DNA from: Minisyncoccota bacterium
Lineage (GTDB): Bacteria > Patescibacteriota > Minisyncoccia > Phycocordibacterales > GWA1-40-21
DNA length: 64,000 nt
Direction: 5' to 3'
NCBI GenBank assembly: GCA_041663045.1
Contig: JBAZRH010000002.1
Span: forward strand, 7,179-71,178
A program made the position numbers and the translations under genes. The notes below the pieces were generated by a model. The model was given only the letters and a program-made list of their open reading frames with translations, was not told the origin of the DNA and searched no databases. Positions 9,068-23,316 of this stretch are shown here, in pieces; the first letter of the stretch is position 1, and each line of letters begins with the position of its first letter.

Positions 9068-10225
9068 TTATAACCCCAAAAACTCATTTTTTATCGTGTC
9101 TTTGTGGGCATCTCTTTTATAGTGACTCATACCAGTAAGAAGACCGAGTGCAATAAAAGATGAGAGTAAATTCGTCCCTCCATAACTCATAAACGGGAAA
9201 TTAATACCAGTAACAGGCATGAGACCGAGACACATACCAACATTTACAAGGAAATGACTCATTAGAAGTATTGCAATACCAAGCCCAAACAATATCTCAA
9301 AGTTTGTTGCACCATAATACGAAAGTCTCACAATTCTCCAAATTAAAATACCAAATAAAAAAAATAAAATTAAAACACCCACAAGTCCCCACTCCTCGGC
9401 ATATGCAGCAAAGATAAAATCTGTTTTATATTCCGGTAGGAATTGTAATTTTGATTGTGTCCCATAACCGATTCCCTTACCCAATACCTGTCCCGATCCA
9501 ATCGCTATTGTGGACTGATATGCATTGTATCCGGCACCACGAATATCAGCAAGAGGATGTAAGAAGTTTATCACCCTATTTTTTTGGTAATCTTTCAAGA
9601 CATAACCCCAGAGTCCGCCAAATGCCACCACCCCTATCAAAAAGACCAGTGCCAAGTGTTTTTTTGATACTCCTGAGACCAAAATCATACCAAGCCATAT
9701 TAAAAATATAATCAGTGCGGAGCCGAAATCCGGTTGAAGTAAAACTGGCAAAAAAACAATTAGTGTATAAAAACCAGACACAAAAATATGTCTAATATTC
9801 GCTATTTCTACATGTCTTCTGGAAAAATATTTAGCAAGAAGAATTACCAAGACGAGCTTAATAGTATCCGATGGTTGGAAAGCAAAAGCACCAAAATCAA
9901 ACCAGCTTTGTGCTCCTTTAGATATTTTACCTATTGCAAAAAGTATCAGAAGTAGGAAAAGAAAGAAAACAAAAAGAGACATTATCACTTTTGTTTTTTT
10001 GAGGAATCTATAATCGCCAAAACCGAGCAGAAAAAATATAACAATAGAAATCACTAGCCATATTACCTGTTTATGAAAGAAAGTATCAATACCGGTAAAA
10101 GAGTTCATGGTAAAAAGACCAAGAATAGAAATCGTCAAAGTAGAGAAAAACATTATCCAATCTATTCTTAACCTAGACCAAAAATACTTCCCCCCTTCAT
10201 TCCTGATTTCGGCAATTTCTGTCAT
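9068..10225 (-). CDS. SEDS-family peptidoglycan polymerase FtsW/RodA
   Basis: Polytopic membrane protein with the conserved SEDS motifs PSDTIKLVLVILLAKY, GSALIIF, QSTIAIGSGQVLGKGIGYGTQSKLQFLPE, DFIFAAYAEEWGLVG. Confidence 0.8.
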   Translation of the reverse strand: MTEIAEIRNEGGKYFWSRLRIDWIMFFSTLTISILGLFTMNSFTGIDTFFHKQVIWLVISIVIFFLLGFGDYRFLKKTKVIMSLFVFFLFLLLILFAIGKISKGAQSWFDFGAFAFQPSDTIKLVLVILLAKYFSRRHVEIANIRHIFVSGFYTLIVFLPVLLQPDFGSALIIFLIWLGMILVSGVSKKHLALVFLIGVVAFGGLWGYVLKDYQKNRVINFLHPLADIRGAGYNAYQSTIAIGSGQVLGKGIGYGTQSKLQFLPEYKTDFIFAAYAEEWGLVGVLILFFLFGILIWRIVRLSYYGATNFEILFGLGIAILLMSHFLVNVGMCLGLMPVTGINFPFMSYGGTNLLSSFIALGLLTGMSHYKRDAHKDTIKNEFLGL

Positions 10226-10226
10226 A

Positions 10227-10988
10227 TTATTTACCTAAGATTTTTGATATTGTCTCTATTCTATAAACCTTTCCAGAAAATGGCTCTGGCCAAGTGAAGA
10301 CAATATTTTGAGTGGATTCTTTATCTAGTAGATCTATCTTCGTCCTAGAAAAGGCAACGGCATTGTTATTTGAATCATATAGTATTGCAATAACTTCTAT
10401 ATCTTTTATATCTCTCAGTGTTTTATTCCTAATTACTGAATCCAATCTGGGCTTAAGACTTTCTTTTGACAATATATTTGAATCAGACACTATTCCTAGT
10501 TCCCTGTTGTCCATTTTCTGCCACACCGCCCCAGTAGTAAATGTAAAATTGATTCTTGATGGTGTTTTATCCAAAAGATTTATGCCGTCTTCAAATATAG
10601 CAAACTTTTTATTTGGTGGTATATATGCATTGCCGTACTTTTCAAAGAGCAAGACTCCGTCTTTGTCATAGATCTTAAAATTGTATGGAGCGTCGTACGC
10701 ACCGGACCCTATATTTGGATTCTCAATGTAAGCTAAAACATTGTAAGTACCTGAACTCGTAACTTTTGCCCATCTCACCCATTGCACAATAGGATCACTA
10801 TACTCGGCTCTACATATAATCTGACATGGTCCGCCGCAATCTATACCGATCTCACTCTGATTCTTTATTCCATCAAAACAAGTTGCCGTCTTAAATAATC
10901 TTGGGACGACAATAATCAAAATTATTATTATAAAAAATAAAATAATCCCACTAAGATATGTCGCTTTCCTTCTTTGTGCCCAACTCAT
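10227..10988 (-). CDS. Hypothetical membrane-anchored protein (N-terminal TM helix)
   Basis: The ORF is annotated to 11045. The 5' 57 nt overlap the 5S terminator hairpin, so the start is more likely the ATG at 10986-10988 (MSWAQRRK...). Confidence 0.5.
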   Translation of the reverse strand: MSWAQRRKATYLSGIILFFIIIILIIVVPRLFKTATCFDGIKNQSEIGIDCGGPCQIICRAEYSDPIVQWVRWAKVTSSGTYNVLAYIENPNIGSGAYDAPYNFKIYDKDGVLLFEKYGNAYIPPNKKFAIFEDGINLLDKTPSRINFTFTTGAVWQKMDNRELGIVSDSNILSKESLKPRLDSVIRNKTLRDIKDIEVIAILYDSNNNAVAFSRTKIDLLDKESTQNIVFTWPEPFSGKVYRIETISKILGK

Positions 10989-11002
10989 AATACAATTATT
11001 AT

Positions 11003-11034
11003 AACAAAAACCGCCAGATTTTGCATTGGCGGTT
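11003..11034 (-). terminator. Intrinsic terminator after 5S rRNA (aaaaccgccaa...ttggcggttttt)
   Basis: 6-bp GC stem (ccgcca/tggcgg) followed by a U-run on the minus strand, directly 3' of the 5S gene. Confidence 0.55.
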
Positions 11035-11049
11035 TTCTTTTTCAAATAC

Positions 11050-11165
11050 TTTGTTCCGGCGACTAGCTACTTTTCCCACCGAAGTGAGTATCATTGCCTC
11101 AACAGGGCTTAACTTCTGAGTTCGGAATGAGATCAGGTGTGACCCCTGCGACGAATCACCAGAAC
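11050..11165 (-). rRNA. rrf: 5S ribosomal RNA
   Basis: The reverse complement contains cacctgatctcattccgaactcagaagttaagccc, matching the universal 5S CCGAACTCAGAAGTGAAAC region. Length is about 115 nt. Confidence 0.85.
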
Positions 11166-11254
11166 AAAATATTCGAATATTGTGAAAAATTAATCTCACA
11201 TAACAGGTTAAAACAATTGTGTATTTCTAAATTTCCTAATAAGAATCGGATAAT

Positions 11255-14800
<3,546 letters not shown>

Positions 14801-15113
14801 TAGGAAATTTAAAAACCACAATTATTCATCCGCCTACAAGACGGACAAATTTGTTTTAACCTGTTATGTAAAATCAATCGCGCAAAATGAATTATAAATA
14901 ATTCATCGCCCGACTCGTCACATAAACAGTATTTATATCTAACTATTTTCTTCAAGAAAAATAATTAGACTTACCTGCCTGTCTATAATATCTATAAAAG
15001 ACCCAAATCACCCTCTGGTGATAAATTGGTGATATTACGACAGCATGTGTCTCGATTAGAATGGTTATTTTATAACCTTTTTCTAACGAGAGTTATTTGT
15101 CAATTTACAATCT

Positions 15114-15145
15114 TTCCGTAAAAAAAACCGCTTTTTCGCGGTGAT
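15114..15145 (-). terminator. Intrinsic terminator downstream of ndk
   Basis: The minus strand reads accgcgaaaaagcggt followed by an 8-nt U-run. Confidence 0.55.
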
Positions 15146-15391
15146 TTGAGACAACATCTAAATGACGCTGACTTAAACTTTCCGCTTTAAAAATGGGTTT
15201 TTTATCAACATAATCTGTGTAAGGAGTAGTATATACGAAACAAAATAATTTGCAAGGCCTTTTTACACTTTCTCTTGTGTATTTCTCTATCTTCTATTTC
15301 CCCATTAAAAATAGCCCTATTTTAAGGGTTATTTTTAAATCTAAATTATTTTGAGAGATATATTATCTTTATCTAGTCTGTAAAAGAGTCT

Positions 15392-15988
15392 TTATTCAAG
15401 TATTCCATCTAAATTCACATCATAGAGAATAGCATCCTGAATATGTTTATATTTAATTATTTCACTGTCTTTAAACCACAGATTTATCTCCCCTTTAGCT
15501 TCTTCTACATTTCCAGATGCATGGATCAGATTTCTTATCGCCCTGTCGTCTATGTCAGCTATCTGATATGAATCCAAGACAAAATCTCCCCTTATTGTAC
15601 CGACATCTGATGTGAGTGGCTCTGTCCCACCAACTATTTTTCGGACAATGCCCACAGCATGTGCTCCCTGCCAGACCATAGTGATAATTGGACCACTGGT
15701 AAAATACCTTACTAATCTTTCAAGAACCTTCTCTCCAATTACAATAGGATCAGTTGAAGGAGGAGTTATCCCCTTTTTAATATAGCCGGCAATAGATTTC
15801 TCTCCGACTTTTCTGATCCATTCCGGATCTAATGTATAATGTTTTCTGGCTAGATCTTTTGTCGGAACAAGCATCTTCACAGCGACGAGCTTAAGGCCTA
15901 TTCTTTCGAATCTTCCTACAATCTCTCCAACTAATGTCCTCTGGATTCCATCTGGTTTTATAATAACGAAAGTTTTTTCTGTTCTCAT
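15392..15988 (-). CDS. ndk: Nucleoside diphosphate kinase
   Basis: TFVIIKPDGIQRTLVGEIVGRFE..GLKLVAVKML, NLIHASG and the active-site His region. Slightly longer than canonical NDK. Confidence 0.8.
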   Translation of the reverse strand: MRTEKTFVIIKPDGIQRTLVGEIVGRFERIGLKLVAVKMLVPTKDLARKHYTLDPEWIRKVGEKSIAGYIKKGITPPSTDPIVIGEKVLERLVRYFTSGPIITMVWQGAHAVGIVRKIVGGTEPLTSDVGTIRGDFVLDSYQIADIDDRAIRNLIHASGNVEEAKGEINLWFKDSEIIKYKHIQDAILYDVNLDGILE

Positions 15989-16008
15989 GATTATTTTATT
16001 TTAATTAA

Positions 16009-18807
16009 TTAAATTTTCGGCATGATAGGCGTTTCAATCTTAATTTCCGGTTTTCTATATTTCTGCATAATCTCCTCTTCTACAGAAACTCTGTCTTTAC
16101 CATATTTAAGATATGAAAGCTCTTTGACCTTGTCCAGTAAAATCTTGTTGCCTCTTGGCGGCATATTTGTCTCCATACTAAATGGTTTTACTGGTCTACC
16201 ATTTGCAAGTATCTTAACATAAGAATTATGATTATCAACATTCATTAAATCTTTTGCTGTGATAGTCGGTGTAAATTGTTTTTCCAAATACTCTGCGTCT
16301 TCCGAAGAAACACGGAATGCTGCCATAGAGCCAACGTTTCCAAATACAGAATTTTTAATCTTTTCTTCAAGCTGGGCGATGAATTGATGTGCCACAGTAA
16401 GAGAAAGTTTATATTTTCTAGCTTCAGACAAAATAGTAGATATAGAATCTGTCGTTACATTTTGAAACTCGTCTATGTAAAGATAAAAAGGTGGAAGATC
16501 TTCGCCGAATGTATCAGTACGAGAAAGTGCCGCCATTAAAATCTTTCCTACAATAATAAGACCGATAAGATTTGAATTAATATCTCCCAAGCGACCCTTG
16601 GCTAGATTAACAAGAAGGATTTTTTTATTATCCATGATCTCTCTAAAGTTGAAAGCGGATTTCTCTTGAGAAACTATCGGACGCATAATTTCATTTGAAA
16701 GGAAAATATCAAATTTGCTTGTGATATAAGGCACAATATTTGCAAGTGATGATTCCCCCCCTGCCTTCTCGGCGATCTCTTTCCAAAATTGGACGACTAT
16801 AGGATTTTTACATTTTGAAAGTTTGAGTTGTCTATATGTTTTATCTGCAAGCACTCTTGAAACATCAAGAAGAGTACAGCCTGTCTCTGGGTCTTCTATA
16901 ACAAGCATAACGGCATTTCTGAAATATTGTTCAAACATCGGACCTCCGGCCGTCTTCATATCAAAAAGTTTATTAAAAATAGACATCATTTCGTTTACAA
17001 CAAATGTCTTTTGTTCTGGGAATCTTAGATCGTATTCGAGCATATTAAGACCCATCGGCCTTGCCGTGTAACTTGGATCAAAATAGATTACATCTTCATA
17101 TCTTTCAGGTGGAATGTAAGAAAGAACTTCCTGAATGTCGGAACCATGTGGATCTATCATACAGACTCCTTCCCCAGCCAAAATATCCTGACGAATCATT
17201 GTCTTTAAAAGAGTCGTCTTACCTGTACCTGTTTGACCTATAACATAGAAATGTCTAAGGCGATCCTCTGGTGTTATATGTACTTCTGTATTTATATTTC
17301 TGTGTTTATTTACACCCAACAAAATACCATTCTCTGGCAAATCAAGTGGAGCTGGTGCGGTGCCAGCTTTTGTCTGTTTTAATTGTGTTGAACCCCTAAG
17401 CTCCGACTCTGGTAAATGCATTATTGTAGTAAGCTCTTTTAAATTTAAATCTTGTGAATAACTGTCTTTGAAAATTCTGAAAGAAAAATCTTGGCTCATT
17501 CTTGCCAGATCTCTCCCTAAGACTCTATTAAATCTAAATTTATTTCCGTTTGTATTCTCAAATTGATTGAAGGCAGACTCAATATCAGCAATAATAGCCC
17601 CTGCCTCCTCAGTCGTCCTAGCCGAAGCCAAAATCCTTATATTTACACTTGCAAGTTGGCTACTAATCTTATTTTTTATATTATCTATCGCTGTTTGATC
17701 TGGAATCTTCGGTTTGTTTTCACCATCTTTCTTTTCATCGCTCTTTCCAAAAAGCTCTTTCCCGACAGATTTAACACTAGCCCACAAAGAACTGTCCGAT
17801 TTCTCCAAAGCTATTTTAAACTTTTCCCCTTTTTCCATCTCCTTCAACACTCGTTTATAAAAACCTGCCTTAGAAGGATCAGCTGGCTTTACAATAATCT
17901 GTACTGAGGCTCCCTCGCCATCTTTGTCTACTTTAGAAAAGCTATTTATGAGAACGTTCAGTGGATCATAATCATACTGCTCATAAGTCTTTAGTGGGAA
18001 AATATCATTGGTGGAGAGTTCGGCGTATGAACCGACAAAGCTGCCCTGTTCATTAAAAATATTATAATCGTCTTTCTTTTCTAGAATCTTTGCTTCCGGG
18101 AAAATCGAGAGAATCTGCTTTTCAAATAAAGTAATCTTCTGATCTGGAACCGCCATATAGAATATTATTTCATTACTATGATTTGCATTTGTAAGCTCCA
18201 ACACAAAATAGCCAGAATTCGTTGTGTCTATATCTCTTACTGAAAACATACCTGAGAAGAATTGTTCCATCTTTGAGACAAGTTCCTTCAGATTCTTCGC
18301 TTTCTGATTTTCTTCTTTATCAGTATTCGGCAAAGATACTTCAAAGAGAGTCATCTTCAAAGCCTTAAATACTGGGCTTTTTTCGTCCTTATTATTTGAA
18401 AGAAGTCCAGCTTTTATATATTGAACCAGGAATCTGTGGAAATCATCTTCAATATGTGGGTCTTTCATGCGATCGACTACAGACAACGTATTCAAAATCC
18501 CTTTTTCTTGGAGTAAGACAACGAGTTCTTCCATTTTTGAGTCATGCACTTCTGGTGTAAGGTTTAAGACAATAGACTCTACTTCTTTCGGCTTAAGAAC
18601 ATAATCAGGATGTAAAATATCTTCTGGACTTCTATCTTTATGCTCATCAAGCTCTCCTCTTACAACCTCTTCTCTCGTAGTTAATTCACCATTTTCGGCT
18701 ATCTCTTTCTCCTTTTTCAAGACTTCTGAACGCAGAAAGACTAATTCTTCTTGCGGATTAGTAAACTTTTTCTGAGGATTTTCAATTTGGCCGTAATTTT
18801 CTGACAT
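16009..18807 (-). CDS. HerA/DUF87-like P-loop ATPase (FtsK/HerA superfamily) with about 470-aa N-terminal extension
   Basis: Walker A VIGQTGTGKTTLL, an IDPHGS motif, Walker B LYIDEFQN, and a HerA-like EARKYKLSLTVAHQ segment. No TM helices. Confidence 0.55.
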   Translation of the reverse strand: MSENYGQIENPQKKFTNPQEELVFLRSEVLKKEKEIAENGELTTREEVVRGELDEHKDRSPEDILHPDYVLKPKEVESIVLNLTPEVHDSKMEELVVLLQEKGILNTLSVVDRMKDPHIEDDFHRFLVQYIKAGLLSNNKDEKSPVFKALKMTLFEVSLPNTDKEENQKAKNLKELVSKMEQFFSGMFSVRDIDTTNSGYFVLELTNANHSNEIIFYMAVPDQKITLFEKQILSIFPEAKILEKKDDYNIFNEQGSFVGSYAELSTNDIFPLKTYEQYDYDPLNVLINSFSKVDKDGEGASVQIIVKPADPSKAGFYKRVLKEMEKGEKFKIALEKSDSSLWASVKSVGKELFGKSDEKKDGENKPKIPDQTAIDNIKNKISSQLASVNIRILASARTTEEAGAIIADIESAFNQFENTNGNKFRFNRVLGRDLARMSQDFSFRIFKDSYSQDLNLKELTTIMHLPESELRGSTQLKQTKAGTAPAPLDLPENGILLGVNKHRNINTEVHITPEDRLRHFYVIGQTGTGKTTLLKTMIRQDILAGEGVCMIDPHGSDIQEVLSYIPPERYEDVIYFDPSYTARPMGLNMLEYDLRFPEQKTFVVNEMMSIFNKLFDMKTAGGPMFEQYFRNAVMLVIEDPETGCTLLDVSRVLADKTYRQLKLSKCKNPIVVQFWKEIAEKAGGESSLANIVPYITSKFDIFLSNEIMRPIVSQEKSAFNFREIMDNKKILLVNLAKGRLGDINSNLIGLIIVGKILMAALSRTDTFGEDLPPFYLYIDEFQNVTTDSISTILSEARKYKLSLTVAHQFIAQLEEKIKNSVFGNVGSMAAFRVSSEDAEYLEKQFTPTITAKDLMNVDNHNSYVKILANGRPVKPFSMETNMPPRGNKILLDKVKELSYLKYGKDRVSVEEEIMQKYRKPEIKIETPIMPKI

Positions 18808-18844
18808 ATTCTTATATTTATCACAATATTATATCAAATCTAAA

Positions 18845-18892
18845 ACAAAAGTCGCCCCCCTAATCACAGCCAATGTGAGGCGACTTTTATCT
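18845..18892 (-). terminator. Putative intrinsic terminator downstream of 18896..19618
   Basis: 9-bp stem (aaagtcgcc/ggcgacttt) with a long loop, then a U-run on the minus strand. Confidence 0.35.
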
Positions 18893-18895
18893 TGA

Positions 18896-19618
18896 TTAAA
18901 TACCAAGCAATTTTCTCCAACGGGACTTGCCACTATCAGATTTGATTGGTTTTACTTCTTTAACCTCTTTAGTCACAGTGTCTGAAGTATGGCTTTCAAT
19001 CGGAGTGTGTCCAATAATTTCAATGCCATCTTCTGGAATCAATGGGCCATCTGGAGGTATTTCTTCTTCTGGTTTTAATTCTGATTTCGGCATTTTCTCG
19101 AGGATTTCTTTAACTCTATCCCTCAAACCGAATTTATTTGTTATCATCTTTAAAGCTTCTTTGAGGAATCTTGTCCCGTTTAAAGATATGGCTTCATCCA
19201 TATGCTTACACATATCTTTAGTGTTATGTTTATTTATTTCATCTACTTCTGTTATTATAGACTTCAAGTCGTCAATGCTATTTGCAAGACTTATTCTATA
19301 TTCAAATTGTAATTCTTCGATCTTTATTCTTATCTTCTCGTCATCTATATATTGTAAATTTAGTTTATCTTGCCAGTGTCCCTTTTTAATCAAGTCTATT
19401 AAAGCTGCACAATAAACAGAATCTTTATAAGATTCGCTTCCAACTTCACTCTCACTCTTTAATAGAGAAAGGGATAGCAAAAGTTCATTAAAATTATTTG
19501 ATGCTATTACTGCAGACATTGCCTCTTTTGTATTTTCTACATTATTACTCAATCCTGTAATGGGTGTTTCTACCGGATTCTGTTGTCCACTATTGATATT
19601 TAATTTCTCTAAATTCAT
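18896..19618 (-). CDS. Hypothetical acidic protein
   Basis: A 240-aa ORF with coherent low-GC coding composition. No recognisable domain. Confidence 0.4.
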   Translation of the reverse strand: MNLEKLNINSGQQNPVETPITGLSNNVENTKEAMSAVIASNNFNELLLSLSLLKSESEVGSESYKDSVYCAALIDLIKKGHWQDKLNLQYIDDEKIRIKIEELQFEYRISLANSIDDLKSIITEVDEINKHNTKDMCKHMDEAISLNGTRFLKEALKMITNKFGLRDRVKEILEKMPKSELKPEEEIPPDGPLIPEDGIEIIGHTPIESHTSDTVTKEVKEVKPIKSDSGKSRWRKLLGI

Positions 19619-19627
19619 CCTATTAAA

Positions 19628-20395
19628 TTATAGTTTTGTAATTATTTCCGCACCCTTGCTTGTCACTACTACAGTATGTTCAAAGTGGGCGCTCCTACTC
19701 CCATCTTTTGTTTTATATGTCCATCCGTCGTCCGCAAGAATAATCTCTTTTCCTCCCATATTAAACATCGGCTCTATTGCTATCACCATACCTGATTTGA
19801 GCTTGTCACCAGAACCTCTTTCTCCGTAATTCGGAATGTATGGATCCTCGTGAACCTCATAACCAACACCGTGCCCACACAAATCTTCTACCACTCCATA
19901 TCCATTTGCTTTTGCTATCCTTTCTACTGTAAAACCAATATCACCAGTGTATTTGTCCGCCTTGATAGTCTTGATACCAGCATAAAGTGCTAATTTCGTA
20001 GCATCTAAAAGTTTTTGAGATTCAACGTCAATCTTTCCAACCGGCACAGTTATAGCTGAGTCCGTAATAAGACCTTTGTGAGTAAGTCCCATATCAAGAG
20101 ATACAATATCTCCTTCTTTTAAAATTCTAGGGTTTTCATTTGGTATACCATGTACAATCTCGTCATTTATGGAGACACAAATAGACGCTGGATACGGCCG
20201 CATACCCTTTGGTTTGTAATTTAAAAAAGCAGCCTTATCGCCATTATCAGAAACCAATTTTTCAGCCAAAGTATTTAGCTCGGCTGTAGAAACGCCTGGT
20301 TTTACTATCTTAGCAACTTCTTGCAATATCAAAGCCAAACGCCTACCACCCTCGCGTAATATCTCTATTTCATCCTTGGTTTTGATTGTTACCAT
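19628..20395 (-). CDS. map: Methionine aminopeptidase type I
   Basis: Metal-ligand motifs: DIVSLDMG, HGIPNE, CGHGVGYEVHEDP, VIAIEPM. Confidence 0.85.
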   Translation of the reverse strand: MVTIKTKDEIEILREGGRRLALILQEVAKIVKPGVSTAELNTLAEKLVSDNGDKAAFLNYKPKGMRPYPASICVSINDEIVHGIPNENPRILKEGDIVSLDMGLTHKGLITDSAITVPVGKIDVESQKLLDATKLALYAGIKTIKADKYTGDIGFTVERIAKANGYGVVEDLCGHGVGYEVHEDPYIPNYGERGSGDKLKSGMVIAIEPMFNMGGKEIILADDGWTYKTKDGSRSAHFEHTVVVTSKGAEIITKL

Positions 20396-20476
20396 TAGCC
20401 TAACTATACCCCAAAATAGGCTTTTTTCAACCCAAAAATACCCAGTCTTTCTGGAAAGACTGGGTATTTTTGTTCT

Positions 20477-23140
20477 TTATATTTTCTTACTTTTTTCTCT
20501 CACTACCGCTTGTGCTGCAGCAAGTCTTGCAATCGGCACTCTGAAAGGTGAGCAAGAAACATATGAGAATCCTTCTCTATGACAGAATTCTACCGTCCTT
20601 GGTTCACCACCGTGTTCTCCACAAATTCCAATTTTCAAATCTTTCTTCACTCCGCGTCCTTTCTTTATGGCTATGCGGATAAGTTCGCCAATACCTTCTT
20701 GGTCGAGGACTTCAAAAGGATCATAGGCAAAAATATCTTGAGCAACATATTCTTTCAAAAACTTTCCGGCATCATCTCTTGAAAGTCCGGCTCCCATTTG
20801 CGTAAGATCATTTGTTCCAAATGAGAAGAACTCTGCTCCAGATTCCACTATCTTGTCGGCAATAAGGGCAGCTCTTGGAACTTCTATCATTGTTCCAACT
20901 TTATAATCTATCTTAATTTTTGCCTCTTTAATCTTGCTCTCAACAATATTTACTATTCTATCTCTCAAAATAGTATATTCTTTTGTTGTCGCAACTATCG
21001 GAATCATTATCTCCGGAATAACGGATTTCACTTTCTTACCATTTATACCTTTCTTAACCTCTATTGCGGCATCGATGATCGCTGTCGCTTGCATATCATA
21101 AATTTCTGGATATGTAATAGCAAGTCTGCAACCTCTGTGCCCAAGCATTGGGTTGAATTCGTGCAAGTCTTCTATCTTTGCTTCCAATGTCTTCACATCG
21201 ACTTTCATTTCTTTTGAAAGCTCTTCAATATCTTTCTTTTCTTTCGGTAGGAATTCGTGAAGTGGTGCATCTAGAAGTCTAATTGTGACAGAATATCCAT
21301 CCATAGCGCGAAATAGTCCGGCGAAATCTCCTTTTTGATATGGAGCGAGTTTTGCCAAAGCTTTTTGCCTCGCCGGTAGATCTGAAGCCAAAATCATTTC
21401 TCTGACTGCTTTGATACGGGCACCTTCAAAAAACATATGCTCTGTTCTGCAAAGACCGATGCCTTCTGCACCGAATTTTCTCGCGACTTCTGCGTCGTGC
21501 GGAGTGTCGGCATTTGTCCTCACACCTATTTTTCTGAACTTATCCGACCATGACATGAGCGTTCCAAAATTTCCGGAAAGTGATGGGTCTTGTGTGCCGA
21601 GCTTACCCGCATAAACCTTTCCTGTGGAACCATCAAGGGAAATAAATCCTCCTTCTTTTATAACAATCCCTTTATTTTTTATCGTCAGAGTTTTTGCTTT
21701 TTCATTAATAATGATATCCGAGCAACCAGCCACACAGCATGTGCCCATACCTCTTGCGACGACAGCTGCGTGAGATGTCATACCGCCTCTTGCTGTCAAG
21801 ATACCTTTTGAAGAATGCATACCGTCTATATCTTCCGGTGATGTTTCTGTACGAACCAAAATAACATCAAGTCCGGATTTAGCTTTTGCAAATGCTTCCG
21901 AAGCTGTAAAAACAACTTCTCCGACAGCCGCGCCAGGAGATGCAGGAAGACCTTGTGCAATCACTTCCGCTTTGTCTCTTGCAATAGGATCGAGCTGTTT
22001 GTGCAGAAGCTGATTTAGCTGATTTGGATCAATTCTTAATATCGCTTGTTCTAGAGTAATGAGCTTTTCTTTTACCAAATCAACGGCGATACGGACAGAA
22101 GCGGCGGCGGTTCTCTTACCATTTCTCGCTTGCAGTATGTAAAGCTTGCCTTGCTGTATAGTGAATTCCATATCCTGCATATCTTTATAATGCTTTTCAA
22201 CTTTATTGCAGACATTTACAAGCTCTTTGTAAATCGCCGGGTTTTGTTTTGCCAAAGCTGAAACAGGAAGCGGTGTCCTTATACCAGCGACCACATCTTC
22301 GCCTTGCGCATTCATCAGATATTCTCCGTAGAATTTTGCTTCTCCTGTAGAAGGATTTCTCGTGAAGCAGACACCTGTGCCTGAATCATCACCCAAGTTT
22401 CCGAAGACCATGGCTTGTATATTTACAGCAGTTCCGATAAGGCCTTTGATATTATTTATTTCTCTGTATCTTATAGCTCTATAGTTATTCCATGAATTAA
22501 AAACAGCATTTATAGATAGATACATTTGCTTAATAGGATCTTGTGGAAAATCGACACCTTTCACTGCTTTGATTTTAGCTTTGTATTTTTTGACGATTTC
22601 TTTCAAGTCTTCGGCCGTCAAATCTGTGTCGTATTTGGCACCCTTTGTGTCTTTTACATTTTCTAAAATGTGCTCAAAATCGGAATGTTCCATTTCCATA
22701 ACAACGCTTCCAAACATTTGCATAAGTCTTCTGTATGAATCCCAAGCAAAACGGGCATTGCCGGTCTTTTTTACCAAACCTTCAACAGATTTGTCATTCA
22801 AACCAAGGTTTAAAATAGTGTCCATCATACCAGGCATGGAAGATGCTGCTCCCGAACGAACGGATACGAGAAGAGGATCGCTGGCGTCCCCAAGCTTCTT
22901 GCCCATTTTCTTTTCCAACTCTGCAAGCTTGATATCTGTCTGCTTCTTTATTTCATTGTTTATCTTCTTGCCGTCTTCATAATAAAGTCTGCATGATTCG
23001 GTTGTAATAGTAAAACCCGGAGGGACATTGATACCCAAACTTTTCATCTCTGCTAAGTTTGCTCCCTTACCACCCAGAATCTCTTTCATATCCCTATTTC
23101 CCTCTTCAAACGAATAAACGAATTTTTTGTTCTTTGCCAT
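20477..23140 (-). CDS. ppdK: Pyruvate, phosphate dikinase
   Basis: 887 aa. N-terminal ATP-grasp (LGGKGANLAEM), central phospho-His region GGMTSHAAVVARGMG, and C-terminal PEP-utilising TIM barrel. Confidence 0.85.
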   Translation of the reverse strand: MAKNKKFVYSFEEGNRDMKEILGGKGANLAEMKSLGINVPPGFTITTESCRLYYEDGKKINNEIKKQTDIKLAELEKKMGKKLGDASDPLLVSVRSGAASSMPGMMDTILNLGLNDKSVEGLVKKTGNARFAWDSYRRLMQMFGSVVMEMEHSDFEHILENVKDTKGAKYDTDLTAEDLKEIVKKYKAKIKAVKGVDFPQDPIKQMYLSINAVFNSWNNYRAIRYREINNIKGLIGTAVNIQAMVFGNLGDDSGTGVCFTRNPSTGEAKFYGEYLMNAQGEDVVAGIRTPLPVSALAKQNPAIYKELVNVCNKVEKHYKDMQDMEFTIQQGKLYILQARNGKRTAAASVRIAVDLVKEKLITLEQAILRIDPNQLNQLLHKQLDPIARDKAEVIAQGLPASPGAAVGEVVFTASEAFAKAKSGLDVILVRTETSPEDIDGMHSSKGILTARGGMTSHAAVVARGMGTCCVAGCSDIIINEKAKTLTIKNKGIVIKEGGFISLDGSTGKVYAGKLGTQDPSLSGNFGTLMSWSDKFRKIGVRTNADTPHDAEVARKFGAEGIGLCRTEHMFFEGARIKAVREMILASDLPARQKALAKLAPYQKGDFAGLFRAMDGYSVTIRLLDAPLHEFLPKEKKDIEELSKEMKVDVKTLEAKIEDLHEFNPMLGHRGCRLAITYPEIYDMQATAIIDAAIEVKKGINGKKVKSVIPEIMIPIVATTKEYTILRDRIVNIVESKIKEAKIKIDYKVGTMIEVPRAALIADKIVESGAEFFSFGTNDLTQMGAGLSRDDAGKFLKEYVAQDIFAYDPFEVLDQEGIGELIRIAIKKGRGVKKDLKIGICGEHGGEPRTVEFCHREGFSYVSCSPFRVPIARLAAAQAVVREKSKKI

Positions 23141-23316
23141 AATAAATTAAATTACTAATAAAATTAACTCTTAAAACATTAAAAAACATCCTTGCTGGGT
23201 GTTTTGTTCTAAAAACAAATCTAAGACTAAATTATACAAAAAACTCTCCCAAAATACATCTTGACTTAGTCGCCAAAATATATGAGAAATTTTCTCAATA
23301 ATGACTAAAATATATC

